From: Octopus vulgaris
Taxonomy: Eukaryota
Direction of reading: 5' to 3'
DNA length: 64,000 nucleotides
Assembly (NCBI GenBank): GCA_951406725.2
Contig: OX597814.1
Span: forward strand, 174,778,001 to 174,842,000
Below the pieces are notes generated by a model, which saw only the letters and a program-made list of their open reading frames with translations, did no database searches and was not told where the DNA came from. Numbering within the stretch: the stretch's first letter is position 1; the number at the start of each line of letters is the position of its first letter. The position numbers and the translations under genes were made by a program. This document shows, in pieces, positions 40,396 through 52,719 of the stretch.

Positions 40396-40597
40396 ACATT
40401 ATTTACATTGTTTATATTATTTACATTTGATGGATATTTGTCCTCATCATGTTTGTTGTTAACAACGTTTCAGCTGATATACCAAACGAAACGTTGTGTT
40501 AACAACAAACAAGATGAGGACAAATATCCGTTGATTGTAAATAATGTAAACAATGTAAATAATGTACATAATTCCTCATCTCTTAAATATAGAACTG
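40396..40597. mobile_element. Palindromic Penelope-like insertion with tail and 13-bp target-site duplication
   Basis: Inverted arms about 40396-40470 and 40488-40566, then an unpaired extension of about 30 nt. Flanked by tataagaaaattt at 40383-40395 and 40598-40610. Confidence 0.7.
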
Positions 40598-41199
40598 TAT
40601 AAGAAAATTTTGTTTTTTCCCTCTCTCTCTCTCTCATATGTGTGTGTGTGTGTACACACACGTACACACACACACACATGCATGCATATAATTTCCATAT
40701 TAATTGTTAAACATCGAAATTATTGATTGTTAACTTGAAGTTAATTAAATTGCTTAGCCCCATGTAGGGCCTAATTGAACCAACCTGATCAAAGAGATTT
40801 CAACCATGAGTATCTCATACTTATTAGCAAACTACATTATACAACATGTTCTTTCCTGTCTTCTGCTCCCACACTCACTTTTAATGAAAAGATAGTAGTG
40901 TATGTTTGGATAGAGATTTGGCTGCTATTTCTAGCAGGTTGAGCAACAGTTTAGAAGTTTTCTCATTGATTTGTTTAATTAAACATTATATTATTTTGAA
41001 GAACTAATAATTACTGATGGTTAACCAGTTTTATCGCTATTCAATTATTTTTTTCCCTTCTTGTTCCCTGGATTAAAAACTCAATTTCTTTCATACGTGC
41101 ATGTTTTGCTAAATTCAAAATGTATGACATTTGCAGAATTATATAGAAGCTAACCAATTCTCTTTTATCCTAATTTATGTTTTCAGTAAGAGATACAAC

Positions 41200-41330
41200 A
41201 TGGGAGATGCTGCTAGTGAGCTGGTGCTACGAGGTTATCGTAAGATAATACCTCCTCCCAATGGCCTACAGACACTGAAATACGCTTTTCCACATGTCGA
41301 TAAATCTCTGGTGTACAGTATATGGATGGC
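41200..41330 (+). CDS. Coding exon 1 of a tandem CUE/UBA-like domain, Ser-Pro-rich protein (exon 41187-41330; MGDAASELVLRGYRKIIPPPNGLQTLKYAFPHVDKSLVYSIWMA)
   Basis: Acceptor ttttcag ends at 41186. ATG 41200 is in a strong CAACATGG context. Donor GC|GTGAGT at 41331 is phase 2 and matches the phase-2 start of the next exon. LKYAFP resembles the CUE 'MFP' motif. The frame is open back to the acceptor, so an upstream coding exon is not excluded. Confidence 0.85.
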
Positions 41331-42779
41331 GTGAGTTTTTATTTTCTTTCTCCTCCCCTTCCTTCTGCTAATTGGTGCTAGTAGTTTTAGTATGCTGTTT
41401 TTTTGCGTTCCAAGTTTATCCTCATCATTTGATTACAATCAGCTATAACTGAAACCTTACTCAACTCAATATATATATATTATCAATCTTTTATCATAGA
41501 GGGCTCTGTATTATTATTTATCAGAAAGTAATAACAGAATTTATGATTCAACACGCAGTATTTATTGATGGATTTTATTTATTTATTCATTCATTTATTA
41601 TGAAATAGTGAATGGTTGAAACAGTGTTTCATTTCATAGAATGCTCAATAATATATTCTGAAAATATTGTTAAGTTACTTTATATGAATATTATGAAAGA
41701 AACAATGGCCCTGATAATCCAGCAGTTGTAGTGATGGTGGCAACGGTGATTGTGGTGATGGTGGCAGCAGTGTCAGAAGTGGTGGTGGTGGTGGTGGTGG
41801 TGGTGGTGGTGGTGGTAGATAAAATTGACTAGCTTTGAGGTTAAGGTACTAGACTACTGCTGACCACATAATGAAACTTTAGAACAACCATTTTTTTAAT
41901 GCTCTGTCCTTGAATAAGCTATGCTTACTTCCGTTGCTTGGCTGACAAAAACTGGTTCTACTCCTATTTCATGTGTAGTTAACTCTAAGATGGATTTCCA
42001 CCTTTGAAAACATTTTCTCCAACAAGATCTACTCCAACCATTATAGAATGGATAAAAAAGAAAGAAATGGAGAACAGGAAGGAGTAAAAATGGCTATCAG
42101 TGTTAAAAAGAATTGGGAAATACATATAAAGAGAAGATATTGATTACTCTCAGTTCTGCTGGAATAAAAGTAATAATAACTTGCAATAATCATCACCATC
42201 ATTTTCATTGCATGAACAAAGACAAGCCTCTATTACAAAAACAATGTTTTATGGTTGCAAGTTTGATTATGGATCACATGCTTTGCATGAAGTTTTCCTT
42301 TCCCTTCTAGGAATATTATTTAGTCAAAAATATCACGCCAATTAACATGTTTATTTGCAGTTACTGATTAACCTAGCACCATAAATGAAACTTTGTGTGG
42401 TGTAAGATTTTCACTTTCTCCTTTGTTAAATTTAACAAAAAAACTTGTTACTAGAACTGTTGTTGTTTTATAAGAAAAAATCTGTAAGTGGTGAAAATTG
42501 ACCCAGTGTAGGTGTAACTCTCAATCATCTTTGTTTCCTAAATAATAAAAAGAATTTTTAAATCACATTCAACCATGAAAATTTGTTCTGATAATTGATC
42601 CTGTATAGTTTCGGTTTGAACTACAGAAAAGTATTATAACAGTATTATAACATAGCAGATGATGCATTTTTAAAGTATTGTTATAGCTTGATAGAAACTC
42701 CATAAGACGTACCCAGTGTATGCTATGGACACATAAGAGGTGCAGTAATATCAAAGGAAGGTTAACTGGGAAGATAGTT

Positions 42780-43839
42780 TTTGTGTGTGGACATCCACAG
42801 GAGTAATAAACACCAAAGATGTACAGAAAACAGATTCCATCACATGCCAGGGGGAAAAACTAGAAGTAGTTGATAGCTTCTGTCACCTAGGTGACCAAGT
42901 CAGTAGCTGGGGTGGATGCTCTGAGAACATAGCTGCTAGAATAAGAATAACCTGGGCAAGTTCAGGGAGCTCCTACCTCTGCTGGTAACAAAGGGCCTCT
43001 TACTCAGAGTGAAAGGTAGACTGTATGATGCATGTGTGCAAACAGCCATGCTACATGGTAGTGAAGCATAGGCTGTGACTGCATAGGCTTGAAAGAAATT
43101 AAACTAGTATGCTCCGCTGGATATGTAATGTCAGTGTACATATACAACAGAGTGTAAGTGCCCTGAGAGAAAAGTTGGACATAAGAAGCATCAGATGTGG
43201 TATACAAGAGAGACAACTGTATTGGTATGGTCATATATTGCATGTGGATGAGGACAGCTGTGTGAAGAAGTGTCACACCCTAACAGTAGAAGGAACCTGT
43301 GAAAGAGATAGACCCAGGAAGACCTGAGTGAGGTGATGAAACACAACCTTTGCACATTGGGCCTCACAGAGGTGATGACAAGCGACCGAGACCTTTGGAG
43401 ATATGCTGTGATTGAGAAGACCCAACAAGTCAAGTCAGATCATAGCCTTGGCCATTGCCAATGTTGCATAACCGGCCCATTTAAAAGTACACTTCAATTG
43501 TCGGGCAATGTGCTGTGCTTGAGAAGACATGTTGAGTCAAGCAAAATCATAGTCATGACCAATGCCAATGCCGCCTGACTGGCACCCATACCAGTGGCAC
43601 ATAAAAAGTACCATTTGAGCGTAGTCAATGCCAGTACCACCTGACTGACTCTTGTGCCAGTGGTACATAAAAAGCACCCACTACACTCTCGGAGTGGTTG
43701 GTGTTAAGAAGAGCATCCAGCTATAGAAACATTGCCAGATCAGATTGGAAACTGGTGCAGCCTCTTGGCTTGCCACTCCTCAGTCAAACCATCCAACCCA
43801 TTCCAACATGGAAAGCAGACGTTAAACGATGATGATGAT
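42780..43839 (+). mobile_element. 5'-truncated, decayed RTE-clade LINE (RT C-terminal region, 3' UTR and (GAT)n tail)
   Basis: Broken frames LEVVDSFCHLG, MLRWICNVS..REKLDIRSI..LYWYGHILH..RPRKT. The 3' UTR ends gttaaacgatgatgatgat. Confidence 0.9.
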
Positions 43840-45624
43840 CAAGGTCATGAGTATGATGATATAAAGTGTTTGAAGATATCATTCTATCTTAATATATAAA
43901 GTATTTGAAGATATCATTACAGCTTCATAAAGAATTCTTTTAAATCTGTATAATATGACCAAATATATTATGATCCAATACTACAGCATGATAAAGAATT
44001 TTAAAATCTCACAACAACTTTTAAATATTAAAGTTTGTAACTTTGATATTTGAAAACCATTTGAAAACCAAGATTTTCTGTTGCTTATCTGCTTCCATAA
44101 CCCAATGATTGAAACTGAAAAATAAAGTATTCTGCATGGTTATTTGATTAGGGTGTTGGATTGTTGACTACATGTAATGGCTTCAAACACTTTGTTGCAC
44201 CCTTATGGAAGACATATTGTTCTGCTTGCCATGATATGCTTTGCTGAGAATAAAGCTGAGTGGTTGGCAATCACAAGAGCATCCAGCTCTGTAAATATTT
44301 TCTCTAAGAATATGCAAACATCCAAACCCGATTAAAATTATTCAACTCATATCAGCATTCAAAGAATATAAAATAAAAACGATTAAAAACTGAACTATTA
44401 ACAAGAAAATAATTTTGTACTACTTCATATTATCAGTTCATATTAACAATCATATGTATGTGCACATTTGGATGATTCAAAACACTTTAAAGTTGTGATT
44501 GCTTTATTATTGACAGGCTAATTTATACTTAATTCATCACAGGCCCACAGCCTACAAATATCCAGATAGCTTACTGTCAAAGGAAATACTGCTTCTATGC
44601 CACCCAAACAAAATAGTCACTTTAAACTTGTGGTGTGCTTAAAAAGAAAAAAAAATTACAATTCTAGCTGAAATCTAGTTGAAATATCCAATTGGTTAGG
44701 TATTCATTGATCCGTATTGGTTTTACTGTCTTTTGGCGATATTTTTACTACCTATCTAATAAATCAATATTCCATCTATGAGACTGATAAATGTCATGTA
44801 CATTGCATGATTGATTTTGTATATCCTGGTCTGTGGAAATATTTTAGCTAAATAGACTTTCAATGTTCACATGAATTCCACAGTGAATTAGGTTAATTTC
44901 ATGTAAATCATATTGAAATTTTTTGTTTACAGAAGTTACCAAGTCTTCATATTCTAGAAGAAATTTCATAAGGAAAAAGATATAAGAAAGAGAATAAAAA
45001 TAATGATTTAAAATTGTAACAGAATTTCTACAAATTTTTTGTTCTATATATGTTTTGTTCTGATTATTTTTAAACTTTCTGTGACAGTAACATATAAAAG
45101 ATTTAGCATCTTAAAGCACAAAGTCTCCTCCTCCTCCTCCTTCTTGTTGTTGTTGTTGTTCTTCTTCTTCTTATTATTATTATTATTAAGGAGAAAATGT
45201 ACAATAGTTGTAGTGTTTAACACTGAGGTATTTGTGATATGAAAACATCTTGATTTTCAGCTTTACTGTTTGAACTAACTTATATTTCTCACACTGGCAC
45301 AAAGCTATGCATTTATAGAGGCTAGATCTAATCAAATGAAACCGATTTGATCCTCAGTTCATGCCTGATACTTATTTTATCACTCATAGAAGGAACGAAA
45401 GATAAAACCCAACCTCATCAGTTCTATGATTAGATTAAATCTCACTTCCATCCTTTGCTGTTGTTTGTATCCCATTTGTAGCTTCAAACATGAGAGTAAA
45501 CAAGAATAACAGCTTGGTGCTGGAGGATTGAGAGGCTTTTTAAAACAGATTCTCTCTCCCTTTCTCCCTCCGTCCCCTAACCATCTGGTTGGAGAGAGAG
45601 TATGTGTGTGTGCTTGTGGGAGGG

Positions 45625-46860
45625 GTTGAAGTGAGAAAAACGTTTTTGTTATGAATGAATAAATAACAGGATCAGATATAGAAATCAATACCCCAGTGTA
45701 CCTTATGTATTGATACTTCAGTGAGTTTCCTTAATGACTATTAAACAAGCGATATATCCCTATAATGTCTATATATTTACATCATCATTTTTATTGACTC
45801 TTAATTAGATTTTGTCATGCTATCTGCCTTGAAATATGCCAACACTAACTTAACTATTGTTTTTGATACAGCTAACATCTTTGCAGTTAACCTCAGTGAA
45901 TTATTTTTTTTTTTAAATATGCTAATTTTTCACATCATTTCATATAATATTGATCATTGTCTTAATGATTCTCTCATCACTACTATGATAAGCATGGTAA
46001 AGACTATACTTTGCTGTACTACCAAAACATGTCCTGAATTGTCTCATATATCTGCTGAGCTAATGTCGCCTTTTCTTTGCCTCATAAATATTTGTAATTA
46101 ATTTTTTTATGCTCATTACATTGAAAATGTTAACATTAACTTGAGTATACTTATTAATTTTAGCTAGAGCTAGGAAAGAGCAGTCAAATTTAGAAATTAA
46201 CCTTATTCTTTTAGCTTTCAACTTTACCTTTTAATAATTGATCATATTTTTAAAATTTTATCTATCAATGTTTCTATGTTATACAAATTGTGTGTGTATG
46301 TGTGAGTTTGTGTGTATACAGAAACATTTTGAAACAAATGTCTCTGTCACAACCTATATCAATATTATTTATTTGTGTAACTTCTGCCATTCATTCTTCT
46401 GGGATCAATAAAATATAGTACTAGTCAATGGCATCAACTAATCCCACCCACCAAAATTGCTGGCCTTCTGCCAAAATGCAAAACAATTATCATCATCGTC
46501 ATTATCCTCATCACTATTATTATTATTATTTACTTTTAATCTACATCTTTGTTACAGTCACTTGTGGAGATACACCCAGTGTCCTGGGGCGAGTGAAGGA
46601 TAAGAGATGTTAGCTGTATCAAAAACAATAGTTAAGTTAGTGTTGGCATATTTCAAGGCAGATAGCATGACAAAATCTAATTAAGAGTCAATAAAAATGA
46701 TGATGTAAATATATAGACATTATAGGGATATATCGCTTGTTTAATAGTCATTAAGGAAACTCACTGAAGTATCAATACATAAGGTACACTGGGGTATTGA
46801 TTTCTATATCTGATCCTGTTATTTATTCATTCATAACAAAAACGTTTTTCTCACTTCAAC
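45625..46860. repeat. 256-bp inverted duplication (45625-45880 / 46605-46860) with 724-bp spacer
   Basis: Reading both arms by eye I found no mismatch. The ends are gttgaagtgaga.. and ..gctaacatct and their reverse complements. Confidence 0.95.
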
Positions 46861-47064
46861 ACAGACATTTAAATGGATAGGGTTTTTCTAAGGATGTGGG
46901 CTATACTTGTCAGCACAATCTTTTGGATTTCTCTGAGACATGGTTCTCCTGGGATCTTATCTAGATGTTTCTGACATCCCTTTTTATCATACCTAGAGCA
47001 CCTACAATAGCAGAAACAGTTCTTGTTTTAAGATGCCACATCTTTTGGGTTTTTAATTTCTAGG

Positions 47065-47119
<55 letters not shown>

Positions 47120-48780
47120 ACATTTGGTAGTTTCAGGCAAATTTCTACTGCATCACCTGTGACACCTCCATGTTGCTGGAATGTGTGCAGCATTGTGTGT
47201 TCTTTTGGTTGTTGGGAGTGTGCAAACGCTTCCCATTATTGTATTGCATCAGTTTCTTTTTTTAATGGGGGTGTAGTACAGCTTTTTGCTGTATTAATGT
47301 TTGTATTATGTGTTGTGTGTGTAGTGTGTTGGGTATTCGACCTGCTGGTGGTAGTTTATTTCATTGAATATTTGCTATATAGAGTGTGTCTTGTGTTTGT
47401 GGGTTGTTTTGTGTAGGTTGTATTATTGAATTGATAATGTCTTGCATAGGATGTGGGCTATTCTTTAGCAGGGCTGTTTTTTGAATAGGTGTAGTGCTGA
47501 GAATCCAGGTATAGCTTCTATGTTTTTGTTCATATGTTTTTTTTATCATGCCCAATGTTCCAATTATTACTTGAATTGTTTTCACCTTCATACCCCACAT
47601 CTTGAATATTTCAATTTCAAGGTCTCAGTACTTTGACAATTTCTCCACTTCTTTTTGCATAATATTTTGATCAGAAGGAACTGCAATGTCTATCAGTAAG
47701 CAAGTGTTTTTGTTTTTTTTCCCCCAGTCATTGATTATTGTCTAGGAAATTAGCTTTTATTTCTTTGCTGGTTTGAACAAGCATATTCCAGATTATTGTG
47801 GCTTAGTCATTGTATTGTACCTTGTTTGGCACATGTTTATACTATTTATTGTCAGTTTTTATGTTGTAGTGTTGGCATATAGTCCAGTGGGTATAACTAC
47901 TTACTCAGTCATGTCTGTATATACATATTCAAATTTGGCATGCACTAGACAGCCAGAGATGATGTGGTTAACTGATTTATTGTGTTGGTTGAACATTCTG
48001 CATTTGGTGTTAGGGCCCGTTTTCAATATTTTGCTTTTATAGTTGTTGGTAGTCAGACACTGGTTTTGTGCAGTGAGAATCAGTCCCTCCATTTCGGCTT
48101 TTAGTCCTGAGCTTTTGAGCCATTGTTTGCTTTTACTTAGGCTCACTTCTCTGTCAAGCCTTGCAGAGTATTGGCCATGGAGTGACTTTTCTCTCAATTA
48201 TTATTATTATTATTTCTCAGAGTTCTCACTCTTGTTTGCTCTGCTTGATTCTGTAAGAGTGGACAGCAACCTGTTGTCAGATGTCTCACAGGGTCTCTTT
48301 CCACAAATTATTAGCTTTGATATCGAGATGTTAACTTATTGGGCAAGACACTCAACACCCAAGCACCAACCTCAAAGCCCTAACTGTCCCCAATCAAGCA
48401 GTTTTTTGGGGGCCTGCTCTGCTCTCATGTCAATTCCAGTTTCTCCAACATATTTCTCGAACCTGGTTGTTAGTGTTCTGAGTGCCCCTACACCTACTCG
48501 GATAACTCTCCTCATTGCCCACATTCTTACAATTTCACCTTTTAGTAGTCTGTATTCTCCACCTTTTCCAGTTCTTTGTCATCTACATGGACATCTTCAT
48601 GTTTGACAATAACTATGATTTTGGTTTCCTTTTTCCCTTTCATCCACCATATCAATGTCTGGTCTCTGAGCATTGTTTAGGGAGTCACACTGGATTGTAA
48701 AATCCCACAGAATCTTATATTCATTGTCTTCAGTGATGCCCTCTGGTTCATGTTTGTACCGTTTCTGTGCTGTGCCCATT
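46530..48780 (-). mobile_element. Cluster of three R4/Dong-type (RLE endonuclease) LINE 3' fragments separated by (TAA)n
   Basis: Remnant motifs HGQY..WLK..GLKAE.EG.I..AQ, CRM..HIISGC, ILWDFTIQCD..RPDI, and GALG.IKK..QK. Confidence 0.85.
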
Positions 48781-48799
48781 ATTATCACTGTTGTTATAA

Positions 48800-49720
48800 T
48801 AAGGCAGCAAGAAGCAGGATCATTAGCATGCCAGGCAAAATGCTTAGTGGCATTTTGTCTGTCCTTATGTTCTGAGTTCAAATTCTGCTGAGGTCAACTT
48901 TGCCTGTCACCCTTTCGAGGTCAATAAATTAAGAGCCAGTGAAACACTGGGGTCAATGTAATCCACTCGTCTCCTCCCCCAAATATCAGGCCCTGTGCCT
49001 TTAGTTGAAAGGATTATTATTATTATTATTATTATAAGGTAGCAAGCTAACAGGATCATTAGCATGCCAGGTGAAATGCTTATTGGTATTTCATTTGTCC
49101 TTATGTTCTGAGTCCAAATTCTGCCACGGTCGACTTTGCCTTTCAACCTTTTGGGGGTCAATAAATTAAATACCAGTGAAACACTGGAGTCGATGTAATT
49201 GATTATCCCTCCTGCTCCAAATTTCAGGCCTTGTGCCTTTAGTAGAAAGGATTATTATTATTATAAGATAGCGAGCTGATAGAATCATTATCAGGTTAAA
49301 CAAAATGCTTAGTAGTATTTTGTGTTGTGTGTTCTGAATTCAAATTCCTCTGAGGTCAGCTTTGCCTTTCATCTTTTCAGGGTCAATAAAATAAGTACCA
49401 GTTGTAATTGACTTTCCTACTCCCTGAATTTGCTGGCCTTGTGCCAAAATTTGAAACATTATTATTATTATTTTTATTAGTAGTAGTATTATGAAAGTGG
49501 TGAACTAGCAGAATCATTATCATGTTTGACAAAATGTTTCATCACATTTCTTCCAGCTTTATATGTTCTAAGTTCATATTCTGCTGAAGTCAACTATGCT
49601 TTTCATCCTTTTGGGAGTTTGATAAAATAAGTACCAGTTGAGCGCTGCGGTCAATGTAGTCCACTAGCCCCCTTCTCCCAAATTTCAGGCCTTGTACTTA
49701 TAGTAGAAAGAGATTATTAT
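48800..49720 (+). mobile_element. Head-to-tail stack of four tRNA-derived SINEs, each ending in (TTA)n
   Basis: Four repeats of agc..cagaatcatta..ttctgagttcaaattc..gcctttcatc..aggccttgtgcc. Confidence 0.85.
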
Positions 49721-50780
49721 TTACTTTTAATCTGTATTTTTGTTACAGTTTGACTGAAAGCTTGGGGAGGGGAGGTAATGAAATATCTTTATGCAATACA
49801 TGACAGACTTTTAAATGGATAAGGTTTTTCTAAGGATGTGGGCAGTACTTGTCATCACAATCCTTTAGATTTCTCTGAGACATGGTTCTCCTGGGATCTT
49901 ATCTAGATGTTTCTGTCATCCCTTTTTTATCATACCTGTAGCACCTACAGTAACAGGAACAGTTCTCGTTTTAAGATGCCACAGCTTTTGTATTTCAATT
50001 TCCAGGTCCTTATATTTACTTAGTTTGTCAAATTCCTTGACATATATATTTTTATCATTTACTTCTGTAAGTCTACAAGTATTTTCTTCCTTGTCTTTAA
50101 TAATTATGTCTGGTCAGTTAGCCTGAATCATTCTGTCAGTGTTGACTTGAAAATCCCAGAGGATAGAGACATTTTTACCTTCAATGACTGGCTCAGGATG
50201 ATGTTCGTACCAGTAAGCAGGAATGCTGATTTTGTAGTGTTTACATATTTTCCAATGTAAATACTGTCCTTCCCTATCGTGGCAATTTTTATGTTCATTT
50301 GGTGTCAGCACAGGACATTCCGAGACGAGATGGTCTATTGTTTCATCAAAAGTATTGCAGAATCTGCATTTAGGGTCAGAACCGTGTTGAAGAATGTTAG
50401 CCTGGTAGTTTTTTGTGATCAAGCTTTGATATTGTACTACTAATATGAAACCTTCAGTCTCTGCTTTCAGTCCTGAACCTCTCAGCCACTGATGGTTTGT
50501 TGCTTGGTCTACATCAGCATTTCGACTTTGAAGTATATACTGTCCATGCAGAAACTTCTGGCTCCATCACTCTTCAATTTGTTTCTGCCTGTTCTTTTTT
50601 GCAGTCTTCTTGATCCATTTTGCTTGTTTTGTGGCAGTGGTTTCAGGTTCTTCAACTATTTCAGGGTTAATGCTAAGTTCCCTTGCAAATTTGCAAGCTT
50701 CCTTGACAATTGAATGTGATTTTTTGCTGCTTTCGTGTTTGCACACAAGTTGCAGCATCCAGTCCTCTGTACTAGATACC
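49715..50780 (-). mobile_element. R4/Dong-type LINE 3' fragment
   Basis: CCHC knuckle CRFCNTFDETIDHLVSEC, ILWDFQVNTD, then PD and KYKDLEIEIQKLWHLKT motifs. Confidence 0.9.
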
Positions 50781-50929
50781 AATCAATGAAGAGTGTGCTT
50801 GTGAGTACAGTGTATAAGTGACCTTAACCCATAATCAAATAACAGCCACATAACACTACATCTATTAGTCATCAAACAACTTGTGCTAATGTGAATGTTT
50901 TTATACATTCAGCAACTGCCATAAGCTGA

Positions 50930-51200
50930 ATAAAGGAAGGATTTGGAAAGAGCAATGCTAATGTGGAATTCTGTATTAAATTGGGAATAACTTTTATGAA
51001 GACCTTTCTAATGCTGCTACAGCCCTATATGAAGGATTGGGCTGTATACAATGTTACAAGTGGTTTCAGCGTTTCAAATTGGTAAGATGATGAAAATCAA
51101 AGGAAAATCCTAAATCTAGACAAACTTTCATGAAGACAGATGATCACATTGCAAAAATGTGGGCTGTAGTTTTTTTGGAAATGTCACTTACTGGAAAGTT
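50930..51200 (+). pseudogene. Decayed mariner transposase N-terminal HTH fragment
   Basis: ANVEFCIKLG..KTFLML..CYKWFQRFK remnants. Confidence 0.6.
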
Positions 51201-51881
51201 TGTGCTATACATGTTACCACAAAATTTGCCTTATCAGCAGATATATGAACAAAAACAGTTCTGAGTCAAAGTCAGTTCGGAGCCTTTTGATTGCTCAAAT
51301 AAAGATGAAAATTTTTTTGAAAAGGGTGACAAAATGTAGGTGTAGGATTAGGATCCTGAAACAAAAAGGCCGGGGCCAATTTCAAATAATAGAAAAGATC
51401 AAAATAACTTTGCTATTGTGGAGGTCTTATAGCACAGTTCTACCTGCATCATTCCTCTTCCCCCATTATTTCTAGATAGGTACAGACAATCAGCATCTGC
51501 TTTTGGGTGGTGCATGTTCTTAGAAGTTAGTATTTTTCTTGTCTTCCTATCCAGGGGTTGGAGCTCTGTAAGATTCCAGTTAATGATGTTTTATTATTAT
51601 TATTATTATTATTATTATCATCAATATCATTATTATTATTCTCATTATCATTAAGGTAGCAAGCTAGCAGAATCATTATCATGTTTGACAAAATGCTTAG
51701 TGCCATTTCTACCAACTTCACGTTCTGAGTTCAAATTCCAGTGAGGTTAATTTTGCCTTTCATCTGTTCGGAGTCGATAAAAAGAAGTACTTTTTGAGCA
51801 CCAAGATCCATGTAATCACTCATCCTCCTCCTCCCATAATTTCAAGTCTTGTCCCTATAGTAGAAAGAATTATTATTATAA

Positions 51882-52162
51882 TCTGTTGTGTCTGGGGTGA
51901 GTCATTCTCTTTTAGTACCTTATTATTTAACACACTCACTGGTAAAATTTCCACTTATTTCGTCTTTTTATTTTCCTAAAATTTTCATTGCAAGATGCAA
52001 TGAAAATTTTAGGAAAATAAAAAGACGAAATAAGTGGAAATTTTACCGGTGAGTATGTTAAATAATAAGGTACTAAAAGAGAATGACTCTCCCAAACACA
52101 ACAGAATATGCTTCAACACACGAACTCATATAAAGAATCTTGCAAACCAAATCCAAAAACGA
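51882..52162. mobile_element. Palindromic Penelope-like insertion with tail and 14-bp target-site duplication
   Basis: About 110-bp inverted arms centred on gc-aagat-gc (about 51990-51998), an unpaired extension of about 55 nt, and flanking aattattattataa at 51868-51881 and 52163-52176. Confidence 0.7.
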
Positions 52163-52366
52163 AATTATTATTATAAATTATTTAAAAAATCATCATTACC
52201 ATCATTACCTTTTTCTTTTTAATCATTCCATTCTAGATAAGTCCCCATACTCTATGTTCATGTTTGTATTGTCCCCCTCATCTGTCACCCTGGTGGCAAA
52301 TAAAAGGAATTATCATATCATCATCATCATTATTGATATTATTATTATTATTATTATTCATTTCAG

Positions 52367-52719
52367 AGCCAATCAAGACCGCTCAAAAGCAGAGGCTCGA
52401 TTGATCCAGCTTGGTTATTTTCCTTTTATCAACCGTGCAAACACAGGAAACAGAGGTTCTTATCATAATTCGTCAAACACTTCACCGCACAGGCACCAAC
52501 AAAGAAGCCATGGTGGTGGTTCAAGAGAACATTCTCCACACAGTAGAAATGCTGCAAATCTGTCTCCACACCATTCTAGTTCACCAAATCGCTCCCCAAG
52601 ACAACTCTCTCCAAAGACATCTCTTTCACCAAGCAAATCCTCTTCCCCCAGAAGAAGTCCATCTCCATCTGCTCAACTTGCAGCAGCTTCAGGTCCCAGT
52701 GAAGCAGAAAAAGAAAGGT
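52367..52719 (+). CDS. Coding exon 2: end of CUE-like motif 1 (ANQDRSKAEARLIQLG) plus Ser/Pro/His/Arg-rich linker
   Basis: Acceptor tttcag 52361-52366. Phase-2 start completes the Ala codon (gc+a). Open frame of 117 codons with many SP dipeptides. Donor T|GTAAGT at 52720 (phase 1). Confidence 0.9.
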
